Source of the DNA: Candidatus Azotimanducaceae bacterium
Lineage (GTDB): Bacteria; Pseudomonadota; Gammaproteobacteria; Pseudomonadales; Azotimanducaceae
Assembly: GCA_965205965.1 (NCBI GenBank)
Contig: CBDBHT010000004.1
Coordinates: forward strand, 49,037 to 113,036
Reading direction: 5' to 3'
Length of the DNA: 64,000 nucleotides
Every line of letters begins with the position of its first letter. The stretch's first letter is position 1. The position numbers and the translations under genes are program-made. The notes below the pieces were generated by a model, which saw only the letters and a list, made by a program, of their open reading frames with translations, was not told the DNA's origin and did not search any database. This document shows positions 1-10,969 of this stretch, piece after piece.

Positions 1-149
1 AAGTTTTTGTCTTTCTTAGCAGTCTGAGTTGCAGAAAATTTTTGGTGTATTTTTCAGGACGGGTTTTTCTTAAACATCTTAAAGTTGAAATGATATACCT
101 CATAAATACATATGTTAGAGGTTTCATCCTACTAAGAGCATCTCTATGT

Positions 150-450
150 TTCTACGGTGCAGACTGCTAGAGCAGATTTTCCATTTCGGGATCACCCAAA
201 GTTGTCAAACAACTGCACATGGTGAACTCGCAACATCACGCCCAGCAGGTACGGACGCCGACCGCGGTCCGACTTCGGATAAAACGGCTCGGCCCACTAC
301 TCAAGCCGTTCCCAAGGAAGTTAGCTGATTCATCCTCTCCAGAAAAATCTTGCGCCGCGTGCGCCGCTTCTTCAGGTCGTGTTCCAGTTCCACAAAAGTG
401 ATCTACCCCATAGCCGGTACACCCGATTTCTGATCGTTCCGCAGATAATA
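150..450 (-). pseudogene. IS5-family (InsH-like) transposase N-terminal remnant
   Basis: Minus-strand translation gives ITFVELEHDLKKRRTRRKIFLERMNQL. One frame over it gives PWERLE*WAEPFYPKSDRGRRPYLLGVMLRVHHVQLFDNFG. Together these track the N-terminus of E. coli InsH (..[34 protein letters not shown]..MLRIH..). It needs a frameshift and contains an in-frame stop. The patch is locally G+C-rich. Extent toward position 1 is unclear. Confidence 0.5.
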
Positions 451-479
451 CTAGAATCGACTTATTCAGACCTCCCCTA

Positions 480-716
480 ATGAAAGAACTCGTGCTTTAC
501 ATAACCGAATCATGCGAACTTTGTGATGTGGCATTGGAGATGTTGCTAAACATGGAAGAATTAACTGGGTATCGACTGGGTACGATAGATGTTGCAATAT
601 CGGAGCAACTTATAAATGAATTTGGTGAATATATACCAGTATTAAAATCTGGAGCTACATTTTTGAAGTGGCCCTTTAGCACTTCGGACGTCATGTACTT
701 AATCGATTCTAAATAA
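480..716 (+). CDS. glutaredoxin-like small thioredoxin-fold protein
   Basis: 78-aa ORF with an N-terminal CxxC (SCELC) a few residues after the start, and the size and pattern of glutaredoxin-2/DUF836-type proteins. Confidence 0.65.
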   Translation: MKELVLYITESCELCDVALEMLLNMEELTGYRLGTIDVAISEQLINEFGEYIPVLKSGATFLKWPFSTSDVMYLIDSK

Positions 717-1475
717 TCGCTTTGCATTTGCCGTAGTGGCTTCCTGAAGTTCGTCAAAGTCGCAGCCCGTAGTTTCGCTGATTTTTTGCAATACGAACCG
801 GAGGTATGAGGGTTCGTTTCTACGTGATTGAGGCTTTGGTTGAATGGTGCGGGGTAACAAATATGGCGAGTCTGTTTCAACGAGCAGCCTATCGATTGGA
901 ATCTTCCGAGCGATTTGCTGAAGTTCTAGCCCGCGTCGATCGTCGCAAATCCATCCTGTTATACCAATGTAGCAACCTAGCTGAACGAACTGATTGAGTT
1001 CACTTTCGCTGCCAGTAAAACAGTGGACAACTGATGGTACATCTTTAAACTCCCGAAGCAATCGGTATGTATCTCCCTTGGAATCACGATCATGGACGAA
1101 TACCGGCATTGTGAGCTCTCGAGCAAGTTCGAGTTGCTGTTGAAATATTTGCTTTTGTGTTTTTCTTTCGGAAAAGTTTCTAAAATAGTCTAGACCCGTT
1201 TCGCCAATTGCTACTACAACGTCGGCATTGGAAATCAAGCGCAGTTGGTTTATCCAACCGGCCTCGACGTCATCTGCATGGTGTGGGTGTACCCCAGAAG
1301 TAGCGTAGAGAAATCCTCTTGAATGTTTCGCCAATGTCACGGCACGTCGACTTGCTTTTACTGAGGTGCCAGTAATGATGATTTTTGTAACTCCGGAATC
1401 GCGTGCTCGATTTAAAACGAGGTCAAGATCCTTGCTGAAAGATTTGTCAGTTAGGTTTGCACCGATATCTATCAT
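699..1475 (-). CDS. tatD: TatD-family metal-dependent hydrolase/DNase
   Basis: ORF begins MIDIGANLT.. like TatD (MFDIGVNLT). It has HPHHA and ETGLDY motifs and CFTG..ITGWICDDRRG..ETDSPYLLP. The ATG at 1475 is preferred over the upstream TTG at 1493. Confidence 0.85.
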   Translation of the reverse strand: MIDIGANLTDKSFSKDLDLVLNRARDSGVTKIIITGTSVKASRRAVTLAKHSRGFLYATSGVHPHHADDVEAGWINQLRLISNADVVVAIGETGLDYFRNFSERKTQKQIFQQQLELARELTMPVFVHDRDSKGDTYRLLREFKDVPSVVHCFTGSESELNQFVQLGCYIGITGWICDDRRGLELQQIARKIPIDRLLVETDSPYLLPRTIQPKPQSRRNEPSYLRFVLQKISETTGCDFDELQEATTANAKRLFRID

Positions 1476-1500
1476 CCGAATTTGACTATGCAAAGATAAT

Positions 1501-3414
1501 CTAAGGAATAGATTGCTCGTGAGGTGCTATGAAGGGCGTATTTGAAAGGCCTAATAGTGAGTTATATACTTGGCTGAATGCAAGGACACTTTTGATATAA
1601 CTACGTGTCTCACGATAGGTAATCCGTTCTATCCATGCGAGGGAATCCATTCCGCTTGCGTTTTTTAGCCATCTATCAGCATTAGAAGCACCAGCGTTAT
1701 ATGCGGCGGCTACAATAATTCTATGGTTGTCGTATTTCTTCATAAGCTCGGCTAGATGGTGTGAACCTAAGCGGATGCTGACTTCTGGGTCTAGAAGTGT
1801 TTGTGCTGTGGGGGTAGGGTCACCGATTCTTCTAGCGGTGTGTTTGGCAGTGTTCAGTATTAATTGCATAACACCGCGGGCAGACGCTGTTGATACAGCT
1901 CTCTCGTTGAATGCGCTTTCCTGTCTCGAAATTGCAAAGAGCAACGAAACAGGAAGATTAGTCACATCAGCATACTTCTGGTAGATATGATTGAAGGGTC
2001 TAGGAAAGCGCACTTCAAGCGCATCTAACAAGCCTGCGTCACCCGCATGGAATATTGCTTGCTCATACCAACCGGCTTGATGAAGTTCAATTACAAGGCG
2101 TTTCAAATATACATCGGGAACTTTGTATTTAATCCAATTTATTTCGCGTCGGGCGTTGGTGAGATCATTGATTGCGTACAGTTCGAATATACGAGCGATT
2201 CGTACGTCGTTTATAAATTGCTTTTCAATGGCTTCGTCTACGATCGTAGTTTGTAGATTCATGGATGGTTCGATCCCTAAGGCATGGGCTGCAGCAAAGC
2301 CGTAGTATGTTCGTAACTTGGCTAGTTTGGTGAGTGAATCCATAGCATTTTCACGCTTTAAAAGCATACCAACTCGACCATGCCAATACTGCCATCTAAA
2401 CTCATCTCGTTGGTCTTTCGTTAGGGTCTGGATCCAATCCATTGCTGATTGCCACTTGCTAGCAGAAATCGCTGCGATCGCAATTTGCTCTCTATCACTT
2501 TGCAGGTATTCATTTTTTACCGTACTACTTATATGTTCGCTGAATACGCGGACAGCGGCAATCTTCCCGTCCATTTCGTTTTTTTCATGCTCCGAAAAAC
2601 TGAATTTGGTACGGTATTTTTGCCAAGCAGAGTGAGCCAAATCTGCGTTGCCGCGACTCCTCAATAATCTGCTGAGTCCGTGTAAGACGGCCTTTCTACC
2701 CCAGCGATCATCGCGATATCGCGTCGTTTTTAATACTAGCTCGGGTTGACGATGTGTGTCATAGAGTAAACTAGCGCGAGATCTATTGCCATCTTTGAAT
2801 AATTGCAGTAAGTATTTTGCTAGTACGAGAGAATTATTTTGCAATGCAAGGTCGAAACGCTCTTCTACATATTTTTCGGTAATTCTTCCTTGCGTAATCC
2901 ATGCATTAAAAATAGGATCGCAAACTTCAGGCTGAGATCTGCCAACAATCCACAGTTTTGGCACTCTGTCAAGTGCGTCTTGCTTTCGTCCAGTTGCGTA
3001 GAGTCCTCGAAGGTAGTAACACTGCATTGATAGATCTTCATGCCTTTCGTAATAGTCAATGAATCGCGTCCATCTGCCGAGTTCTGCTTGACGCCGAAGC
3101 CAACGCGAAAAGTACTTTTCACCAAATCTTGAGTTTGCCCATTTCTTCCTTATTGCGATAGCTGCGTTCGGCTTGGTAGACGATATAAATCGAAGTTCAT
3201 CGTAATAATCGAGGTATATCGAAAGCGAATATTCGTTGAGTTGTTCTTTGATCTTCCGAAATGTAGAGATATTGCCGTGTTCATAAGCCTTGACTGCCTG
3301 CTTGAATAATTCGCGTTCTTCTGCCCAATTAGCAGTTGGATACGTGTTGCATAAAACTGATACTGAGGAAAACGCAATACAGGACCATAAAAGTCCCAGA
3401 CAAAATCTAGTCAT
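1501..3414 (-). CDS. slt: soluble lytic murein transglycosylase (Slt70-like)
   Basis: 637-aa ORF with a signal peptide, a long helical superhelix-like N-region, and a C-terminal SLT catalytic motif (ISRQESAFNERAVSTASARGVMQL .. AAYNAG). Confidence 0.85.
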   Translation of the reverse strand: MTRFCLGLLWSCIAFSSVSVLCNTYPTANWAEERELFKQAVKAYEHGNISTFRKIKEQLNEYSLSIYLDYYDELRFISSTKPNAAIAIRKKWANSRFGEKYFSRWLRRQAELGRWTRFIDYYERHEDLSMQCYYLRGLYATGRKQDALDRVPKLWIVGRSQPEVCDPIFNAWITQGRITEKYVEERFDLALQNNSLVLAKYLLQLFKDGNRSRASLLYDTHRQPELVLKTTRYRDDRWGRKAVLHGLSRLLRSRGNADLAHSAWQKYRTKFSFSEHEKNEMDGKIAAVRVFSEHISSTVKNEYLQSDREQIAIAAISASKWQSAMDWIQTLTKDQRDEFRWQYWHGRVGMLLKRENAMDSLTKLAKLRTYYGFAAAHALGIEPSMNLQTTIVDEAIEKQFINDVRIARIFELYAINDLTNARREINWIKYKVPDVYLKRLVIELHQAGWYEQAIFHAGDAGLLDALEVRFPRPFNHIYQKYADVTNLPVSLLFAISRQESAFNERAVSTASARGVMQLILNTAKHTARRIGDPTPTAQTLLDPEVSIRLGSHHLAELMKKYDNHRIIVAAAYNAGASNADRWLKNASGMDSLAWIERITYRETRSYIKSVLAFSQVYNSLLGLSNTPFIAPHEQSIP

Positions 3415-3443
3415 GTTGCTATGGCTTGTATCGATCGAGATAT

Positions 3444-3875
3444 TTAGCCTACGCGAACTGCGAGCACGTCACACGTTGCTCCGTGTAAGATCCCGTTAAC
3501 AGTCGATCCAAGTAATAACGATAGCCCGTGGCGACCATGGCTTCCTACAACGATAACATCCGCATTTGATGATTCAGCAACATGGCGTATTTCTGACTCC
3601 GTACGACCGAAAACGAGATGTTGGCGATCTTTAGGTATACCGATACTAGCCGAAAATTCTGCCAAATGAGATTTAGCTTGTTCATGGATTGAGTCTTGTA
3701 CCGTTGTAAGGTCCATTGGGATATCGCTTCCGTAGGCAAGGCTCAGAGGTTCTATGACATGTACCACATGCAATTCAGCATTAGATCGTTCCGCGATTGA
3801 GCGGGCGCGGTCGGCAACCTGACGGCATTCTTCAGTCAGGTCTACTGCTAGAAGCACACGTGAGTAGCCCCTCAT
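3444..3875 (-). CDS. universal stress protein (UspA family)
   Basis: MRGYSRVLLAVDLTEE.., AELHVVHV, and the C-terminal ADVIVVGSHGRHG...GSTVNGILHGATCDVLAV Usp ATP-binding signature. The internal ATG at 3875 was chosen. Confidence 0.85.
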   Translation of the reverse strand: MRGYSRVLLAVDLTEECRQVADRARSIAERSNAELHVVHVIEPLSLAYGSDIPMDLTTVQDSIHEQAKSHLAEFSASIGIPKDRQHLVFGRTESEIRHVAESSNADVIVVGSHGRHGLSLLLGSTVNGILHGATCDVLAVRVG

Positions 3876-4255
3876 GATGCCCCCTCTGGTGAACTGATGC
3901 AAACAATACAATAGAGACTGGCTTGCTTCAATAAGAACGTGCCAGAAATTACCGGCGAGCGATAGCCTTTTGATTTAGTTTGAATGCTACGTTTCAATTC
4001 TAAATCAATCTTTTTCTGAATGCCATTGTTCGATCTATTCATGGTTACCGTGAAGTCTCTATTCGGAATATGATCTATAAATGCGTCAGCATTCCTCAAT
4101 TTATGAAAGGCCTAATCAGCGATTGTTCATAAGCTTATACGATTAATATCTGCTAAGAATTTTCGGAAAACGGGTGCCTAGGCCGCCCAGCTTCCGCCAA
4201 TGCCTCCTTTCGAGAGAAGCAGAAATTACTGTCTCGTCTTAAGGGTAAGGATAAC

Positions 4256-4612
4256 TTAAGGGCAAGGTGACAATCCTGCGTAGTAAGCAGCCAAATCGGC
4301 AGCATCCTGATCCGAAAGGTTGTTGACGAATGGCTGCATCGTAGCTTCCGCTCTGGCACCATCGCGAAATGCAATAATTTGATTAAACAAATATTGTTCG
4401 TGCTGGCCAGCAAGATTCGGCCATAAAGCATTGATGGAGATGCCTTGAGTTCCATGGCACGCCGCACATAGCTGTGCTTTTGCTTTGCCTGCTTTAGCAT
4501 CTCCTTTTAAGGTAGGTTGTGCGGATGTTTTATCACCGCTAAATGGTAGTGTTAAGCTGGCAACACACAGCAAGCTAAATATACCGATTCGAGACCACCT
4601 CAGCTGCTTCAT
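4256..4612 (-). CDS. class I c-type cytochrome, periplasmic
   Basis: Signal peptide (MKQLRWSRIGIFSLLCVASL), a single CAACH heme-binding motif and a distal Met region. It lies directly downstream of the nor genes. Confidence 0.8.
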   Translation of the reverse strand: MKQLRWSRIGIFSLLCVASLTLPFSGDKTSAQPTLKGDAKAGKAKAQLCAACHGTQGISINALWPNLAGQHEQYLFNQIIAFRDGARAEATMQPFVNNLSDQDAADLAAYYAGLSPCP

Positions 4613-4732
4613 CTCAAGGTCCTGATTTGTTTACATATAAGGATTAACTGGACTCGCAATGTGGTTTAGCTCACTGCAGCTTCTGTCAGCCCGTCCTTAG
4701 CACTCGCACTTGGCACTTCATCTGTTCCGCGT

Positions 4733-6162
4733 TCAATTGTCATGATAGGTCGAGTTTCGTGTGCACCGATGCGTAGGAAATCCTAAATCAGTAGTAGCAC
4801 ACCATATAGTCATCAATATACCGAAGACCAAGCACCACCACATAGCCTGAATAAACCACGGTTGATTTTGTGCTTCGAAGAACGCACTCCATGTGGACCC
4901 GCCAGCAGCCCGTTCGATAAATGCTTGTTCGTATCCCGCAATAAGTAAGGCAATCGTCATACCGAGCATTCCTACATGTGTAAGCAACAATGAGCCTTTC
5001 CATTTCCAACCGTTATCGGCTAGTCCTCCAGACATCCAAACGTCGCCTCTGTAGCTTCTGAACCGCCAAGTATACAAATGCAACTATGATCGTTACGTAT
5101 GCGCCAAAAAATGCTAAATGACCGTGAGAAGATGCCCACTGGGTCCCATGTGTATAGAGGTTGATTTGAGGAAGGGTTTGCATGAACCCCCAAACACCTG
5201 CACCTAAGAAGTTGCCGAAGGCATGGGCAATCAACCATGCAAGTGCTGGATGGTTATTGGAACGGAAAGAGTATCGTCCGGCATCGTAGACTGCATGTAC
5301 GACCATCGCTACCAGTGGTACTGGTTCCAGTGCGGAAAAGAAGCCCCCGATACCGAGCCAGTATTCTGGTGTCCCTATCCAAAAGTAATGGTGACCGAGT
5401 CCCAGAATTCCAGACCCAAACATGAGAGCAACTTCGATGTAGAGCCAAGTAGTAACGATTCTCCGGCCAGCATTGAGGGTTTTGATCAGCCCCCAAGCCA
5501 TAATACATCCGACGAGTACTTCCCAAGTAGCTTCGACCCAAAGATGGATAACCCACCACCAATACTGATCAACTGAGAGATCTGTTGTATAGAATGTACC
5601 AGCTAGGTATAAACCGGCGAGAGCAATTAGATCCAACACCAGTACACCGGAAATACCACTCCAACGTACCGGCAAGAAACGTCCCACCGACGTTGTAGAA
5701 AGTGGCGATCATGCAAACGACAATACCAATGTCCGCCCATCGCGGTGCCTCGATATATTCACACCCTTCGTTGATCAGCCAGGTAGTTGTTGCATCACCA
5801 GGCCCTGTCTGCACCACTAGGAAGACCATGACGACGATTGTTACTGTAAGTGTTAGTATCCAAAAGGTGACGTTCGCTACGGTGACTCCCACAAGCGGAA
5901 CACCGGCTTCATCTTCAACTAACCAGAAGATGGATCCGATAAAACCGTAGAGCATCCAAACGACCATTGCATTGATATGTACCATGCGGGTAACGTTGAA
6001 ATCAAGGACCTCAAAAAGAAATTCCGGCATGATGAACTGCAAAGCGGACAACAGCCCAAACAACATCTGTGCGATGAATAAAACCATCGCCACCACAAAG
6101 TACTTTACGGCAAGCTGCTGTCCCGCACTCAAATCGGAGTAATTAATGGAACCAAGAGTCAT
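4733..6162 (-). pseudogene. norB: nitric-oxide reductase large subunit NorB, disrupted by two frameshifts
   Basis: Three consecutive minus-strand ORFs (5569-6162, 5013-5687, 4733-5083) are colinear with successive parts of NorB. Matching motifs: YWWWVIHLWVEATWE, GHHYFWIG, LYTHGTQWASSHGHLAFFGAY. The frame changes near 5680 and near 5050. Confidence 0.8.
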
Positions 6163-6725
6163 TGTGTATCTGTCGTTGTTGATTCATGAATAGGGCCTTC
6201 TTGTGGCAGTGGTGTAAAGCGCGCTGGAAAGCCATTAGTATCGATGGCCGAAATCCATTTGAGGTAAGCAATGACGCCGCGTATTTCGTCGTCAGTTAGT
6301 TCGAGATTGGGCATGCGACGGTTAGTTCCAAACGTTCGTGCGTTTGATGGAGGGTCCTTTAGAAATAGCGTCATCAGCAATTCACGGGCTTGTTCATTAC
6401 CCCAGCCAGGGTCAAGCCATGCTTTGGTAAGGTCTGGTGCGTAGTAAGCACCATTGCCTAGTATCGTATGACAATTCATACAGTTGCGTGCTTGTACCAT
6501 GAGTTTTCCGAGATCAACAAGCTCGCGTGCTTTATCTTCCGTCAGTACGTTTCCAAACAACGGCACGAGGGCCCCGGTCGTTGGAACCATATGTCCACGT
6601 TCATCGTCGTGCTCATATCCAATACGATGATTTATTACTGAGTACGCAGGTACGCGACCAGATTCCCCTCCCGCTTCGATCGCACTGAGTGAATGGAACG
6701 TAAGTAGTATTAAAACGAGTGCCAT
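6159..6725 (-). CDS. norC: nitric-oxide reductase cytochrome c subunit NorC (start codon problematic)
   Basis: CMNCHTILGNGAYYAPDL heme motif and C-terminal YLKWISAIDTNGFP as in NorC. It overlaps the norB start by 4 nt. The first ATG/GTG/TTG lies inside the predicted membrane anchor (see findings). Confidence 0.75.
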   Translation of the reverse strand: MALVLILLTFHSLSAIEAGGESGRVPAYSVINHRIGYEHDDERGHMVPTTGALVPLFGNVLTEDKARELVDLGKLMVQARNCMNCHTILGNGAYYAPDLTKAWLDPGWGNEQARELLMTLFLKDPPSNARTFGTNRRMPNLELTDDEIRGVIAYLKWISAIDTNGFPARFTPLPQEGPIHESTTTDTQ

Positions 6726-6876
6726 GAATGCCGTGACGAAAATAGCGCATTTGCGCCAAAAACTTTCGCTCGCCCACCAATCAATACTTTGTTCAGTTGT
6801 TATCGAAAGGCACTTTTTTGCGTATATTAGTTGTTTCGATTAAGGGTTGATCAACCGTTTAACAGCTCAAGTTCGC

Positions 6877-7191
6877 TCATGCACGTGTACCGCCTTTGTG
6901 AGTCTCCAAATAAATCTTGGGGCTAAGAAATAGCCAACCAGCAGCGACGAGACCAAGCCACCAACCAGACAAATTTAACACAATTGCTAATGCAACAACG
7001 CAAGCCAAGAGTATGGAATAGAAGACGTTTGAAGCGATATTTAGCCATCGTTTATGGGTGGACAACCCTGGAAGGCGCGATAAAGCAAGAAAAAGTGCGT
7101 ATCCACCGCCTGAAAGAACAATTGATCCTCCAAGAAGCGTTGCACCGATAACGCCGTGGATGTTCGTTGCATTTTCCATGGGCGTCTTCAA
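6877..7191 (-). CDS. small integral membrane protein, function unknown
   Basis: 104-aa ORF with three clear hydrophobic helices and host-like composition, upstream of and co-oriented with norC. Confidence 0.45.
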   Translation of the reverse strand: MKTPMENATNIHGVIGATLLGGSIVLSGGGYALFLALSRLPGLSTHKRWLNIASNVFYSILLACVVALAIVLNLSGWWLGLVAAGWLFLSPKIYLETHKGGTRA

Positions 7192-7590
7192 TTTTTATGT
7201 GTATTGAAGTTTGGCATTTTTGGACGATAAAACAAAGGCATTATTTAACCAACGACTGCAATGAGACCAACCAGCCCAATGTATCCATGATACTTAAGTC
7301 AGATGCCATGTTAATCCGCGTGGATCCGAAAATGTAATTTCTTCACCTGACCCTATCGTCCACACGCTTCGAAGAAGCATACATGAGATTCGATGCGTAC
7401 GGTCGGCTTCTTTATTTAGCACACTGTAGTAATACGAGCATGATCCATCAATCCCAAAGATGAGAGATCTACTTTAAGCATTTGCTGTTGAGATGTAGTG
7501 ATGTATTTTTCATTCTGGCCGGTGGGAAGTGATTGATGCAGCTACCAACATGATTTCGGAACAAATAACAATAGTAAATTATTATGTTTA

Positions 7591-9296
7591 CAGCAATTCC
7601 CGCTTCCTGTGAAAAGGTGGAATTAGCGGGGGTTTGAGCGTCTGCGTCTGGTCATTTTTCGCAGACTTTGGTGGTCTGGAGCGATGGTTTATGATAGCCG
7701 TTTGCGACCCGATCATGGAGGAAAGGATGCCTCGACAAGCGATGCGCAAGCGATTGAATGCTTCAGGACTGCTGGCATTGAGTCGGCAGTGTTTTGAACA
7801 GATTGAAGACGGGACGCCGGTCCGCGCCTATCGTCTGGTCAACTGTTTGATGTCGGCTTTGGCGATGTTCGGTCTGAAGTCCCCGTCGTTGCTGCAGTTT
7901 GACCGCGAGGTGTGGTTGGATGGGCGGGTTCGGGGTAATCTGCGGCGGCTGTATCAGGTTGGATCGGGTGCCGTGCGCCACGCAGATGCGGATGCGTCTG
8001 GACCGGGTTCCGGCGAGTGCCTTGCGCCCGGTCTTCCGGCGGCTGTTCCGCGAACTGCAGCGAGGCAAGGTGCTGAAGCCGTATGCGGTGTACGGCCACC
8101 ACTATCTGTTGTCGCTGGACGGCACGGGCTTTTTCATCGGGAGCCGTGCGCTGCAAGTACTGCTGCGAGCGGCGTCACCGCAACGGAACAGTCACCTATC
8201 ACCATCAGATTCTGGCTGGTGCGATCGTGCATCCGGACTGCCAGACTGTGATCCCGCTGGCACCGGAACCGATCGTCCGGCAGGACGGTCAGGCGAAGAA
8301 CGATTGCGGACGCAATGCCTCGAAGCGGTTTCTGGAAGCGTTTCGGCGGGAGCATCCGCATGTGCAAGTGATCGTGCTGGAGGACGGCCTGGCCTCCAAC
8401 GGACCGCATCTGGATTTGCTGGAGCGTCTGAACTTGCGGTACCTGATCGGTGCGCGGGAGCACGACCATGCGATGCTGTTCCAGCATCTGGAGGGCACTT
8501 CGTCGGACTGGTTTGCGGACCCGAGCGAGGAGGGGCGCGCCGTGAATCGCCGGCTGCGGGTGGTAGAAGACGTCCCGCTCAGTGCGTCCCGGTCCGACCG
8601 TCGGGTGACGGTGCTGCAGTGCCGGGAACGCACCCCGAAGCGGGTCCGGAAACCCGAACGCCAATGGACCTGGATCACGGATCTGCCGGTGACCCGAGCC
8701 GAGGCACCGGCGACCGCACGAATGGCGCGCAGTCGCTGGAAGATCGAAAACGAGACCTTCAACACGCTGAAGAACCAGGGGTACGGTCTGGAACACAACT
8801 ACGGTCACGGTCACCAGTACCTTGCGAATACGCTGGCGACCCTGATGATGCTGGCGTTTCTGATGGACCAGATCCAGCAGTTGTGCTGCCCGCGCTTCCA
8901 AGCCGCCCAACGTCGGCAGGGCAGTTATGCATCCCTGTGGGAAAAGATGCGCGGTGCGATCTGGCTCCTGATCCTCCACAGCTGGGAACAGTTGTACGAA
9001 GCCCTCGCTGGTGCGGAACCCGACCGCAGTTCCGGACGACCGACCCGATCCTGGTTTCCGCCCGCCATAGTGCAACGCGTCCTGCGCCTCCTGATCGCGG
9101 GAATCCCTCCGAGATCCGTCGACATGCGAACCGGGCATGCCTTGGTCCGCACAAAACACCGCGGCCCAGCGCAGCCAAAACGTAGCTGGCGCGCGCTGAA
9201 CAAGGGCCCGAAACGATCCCAACGGATGGAAAACATCCAGGGGCAGCCACTTAAAACTTGCAGGCACTGCTTTTTCACAGGAAGCGGGAATTGCTG
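7591..9296 (+). mobile_element. IS4-family insertion sequence (lineage A), complete ends, defective transposase
   Basis: Perfect 25-bp terminal inverted repeats CAGCAATTCCCGCTTCCTGTGAAAA (7591-7615 and the reverse complement at 9272-9296). It is flanked by a 9-bp direct repeat TTATGTTTA (7582-7590 and 9297-9305). The interior is G+C-rich. Confidence 0.9.
7727..9296 (+). pseudogene. IS4-family DDE transposase, needs three reading frames
   Basis: Colinear with the intact 449-aa homolog at 58058-59407 (LDGTGFF, VLEDGLASNG, SRWKIENETFNTLKN), but the frame switches near 7955 and near 8140. Confidence 0.8.
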
Positions 9297-9326
9297 TTAT
9301 GTTTACAATGTTTCAACCACGGAAAA

Positions 9327-10013
9327 TCATCCGACTATTTTCATACGCTCACGCTGATATTCTGCTGTAAGTGATTTGTCCGACCATTCCGCGGCAAGCG
9401 CATCGGCTTTTATTAATTCCTTGGAACAGCGATCCCGATTGGATAATCCCGCATGGGCACGTGCGACCGCGAGTCGGATAAACGCTTCATCTACTGGCTC
9501 CTCACCGTTTGCGTTAATCACACCAAGTGCAGAAACCGCATATTCGAGTCCGCGACAGTAATCCTGTAAACGGTTGTTCACAAGTGACAGTAGATACAAT
9601 GCTCGCTCTTCATTTACCCAAGTACCGCATTTCTTCCAAAATTTTAGGGATACAGTAGCACAATCAACCATGAACTCGTTGTAAAGAAGTGACAAGATTC
9701 TCATTATCAAGTAAAGCACTTGCTACATTGTTGTTCGTAGCAGCTATCTGACGGTCTGAGGATCGAGGGCCGTCCAGACTTGAAGCTAGTCTGTTGACGG
9801 CACTGAGAACGACTTGAGCATCGTCGAATCGTTTACTTCCGGCCAACGCGCTTGCCAACAATGATTTCTGAATAAGATACGCACTTGCCAGATCCTGGGT
9901 TGCACCTAAGCTATCGATTTCCGCTTGCTGCGCGGCCATGTTCGAACCGTCCATATATCGGGCAATCGACAGATGGATACCTACCATCTCGATTTTTAAA
10001 TAATCGGGATTAA
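9327..10013 (-). pseudogene. 3' part of a host gene (helical-repeat hypothetical protein) split by IS1380, with an extra frameshift near 9690
   Basis: ORFs 9664-9987 and 9327-9719 are colinear in two frames. The reading frame continues upstream to the IS junction and joins in frame with 12711-12916 when the IS is removed. Confidence 0.7.
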
Positions 10014-10410
10014 CCCTTATTTCTCATAATGGATGGCTTGGGTGCGATGTATGTGCGTGTAAGTTGTTGATACCACGAAGTTGGTTGGACTTTGCCGGGG
10101 GGAAGGGGATGGTAGCGGGGTGCGTTCGGACGGATGGGTGCGTTGGATGGCGAAAGGGGTGCGTTCGGGTCGGACGGAAGCGGTGCGGACGTGTAGCATG
10201 CGCCTGGGCCCGTTTTGCGGACCGCCACGACCGGCGTGCAAAGCGGCGCATCCCGTGCAAGATGCTGTTGTCGACTGGATGATGAGCCATGTGGGTGAGC
10301 ATGCGGCGGACGCCCCTATCGCACGCCCTTGGGTCCTGGTCTTGACGAGACCCGAACGCTCCCCGACTGTCGGGAGGTTTCGCCCCCGGTGGCTGCGATG
10401 GCATGGGCTG

Positions 10411-10945
10411 CGATGGCATGCGGATGAAAGGAAAGGGATCCCGGTCTTTGAGGATGTCGTGTCACCGGTTGATATACGGGAACATATTCGATTTTTTGGG
10501 GGTTCTTCAAAAAAACACTTGCGTTTTGGCATGGGTTATGGCAATCTACGCTTGGTTAGATAGTCTCTGGTGCCAACGTGATGGATTTCCGAATCGAGAA
10601 CTTGAAGTCGACCACCTTGGGTGGCACGCGGCGGACCCGCCGTTGGATGGTGGACCTTCAGAAGACGGTGGCACGGTTTTCGGCACTGAGCCGCCATGAG
10701 TTGGCGTCCACCCTGTGTAGTCATCTGGGCTGGTTCAAGCCGAAGGGTTGGGATCGATTGGGGTCCTGCAGGTCGCCGGCAGCCGTCTTGGCCCCGGAGG
10801 ATGCTTTGGTCCGGCTCTGGCAGCGGCGGCGGCGCGTGCTGAACACGCTGGTGGTCGTACTGTGCATGTTCCGGTGGATGTTCTGGAAGGGGCGTCCGGG
10901 ATATGCGGCCACGCTGGCCGAAGGGTGGGCGCAACGCGGCCGATG
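10411..10945 (+). pseudogene. internally deleted remnant of the DUF4338-IS4 element
   Basis: The terminal about 150 bp match the right end of the 37245-42873 element. ORF 10578-10973 starts MMDFRIENLKSTT..GWDRLGSC, then jumps to ..AVLAPEDALVRLWQRRRRVLNTLVVVL... Relative to the full copy, two internal deletions have occurred and the DDE part is lost. Confidence 0.75.
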
Positions 10946-10969
10946 GGGCCGGATAGAGGAGGGCACGGG

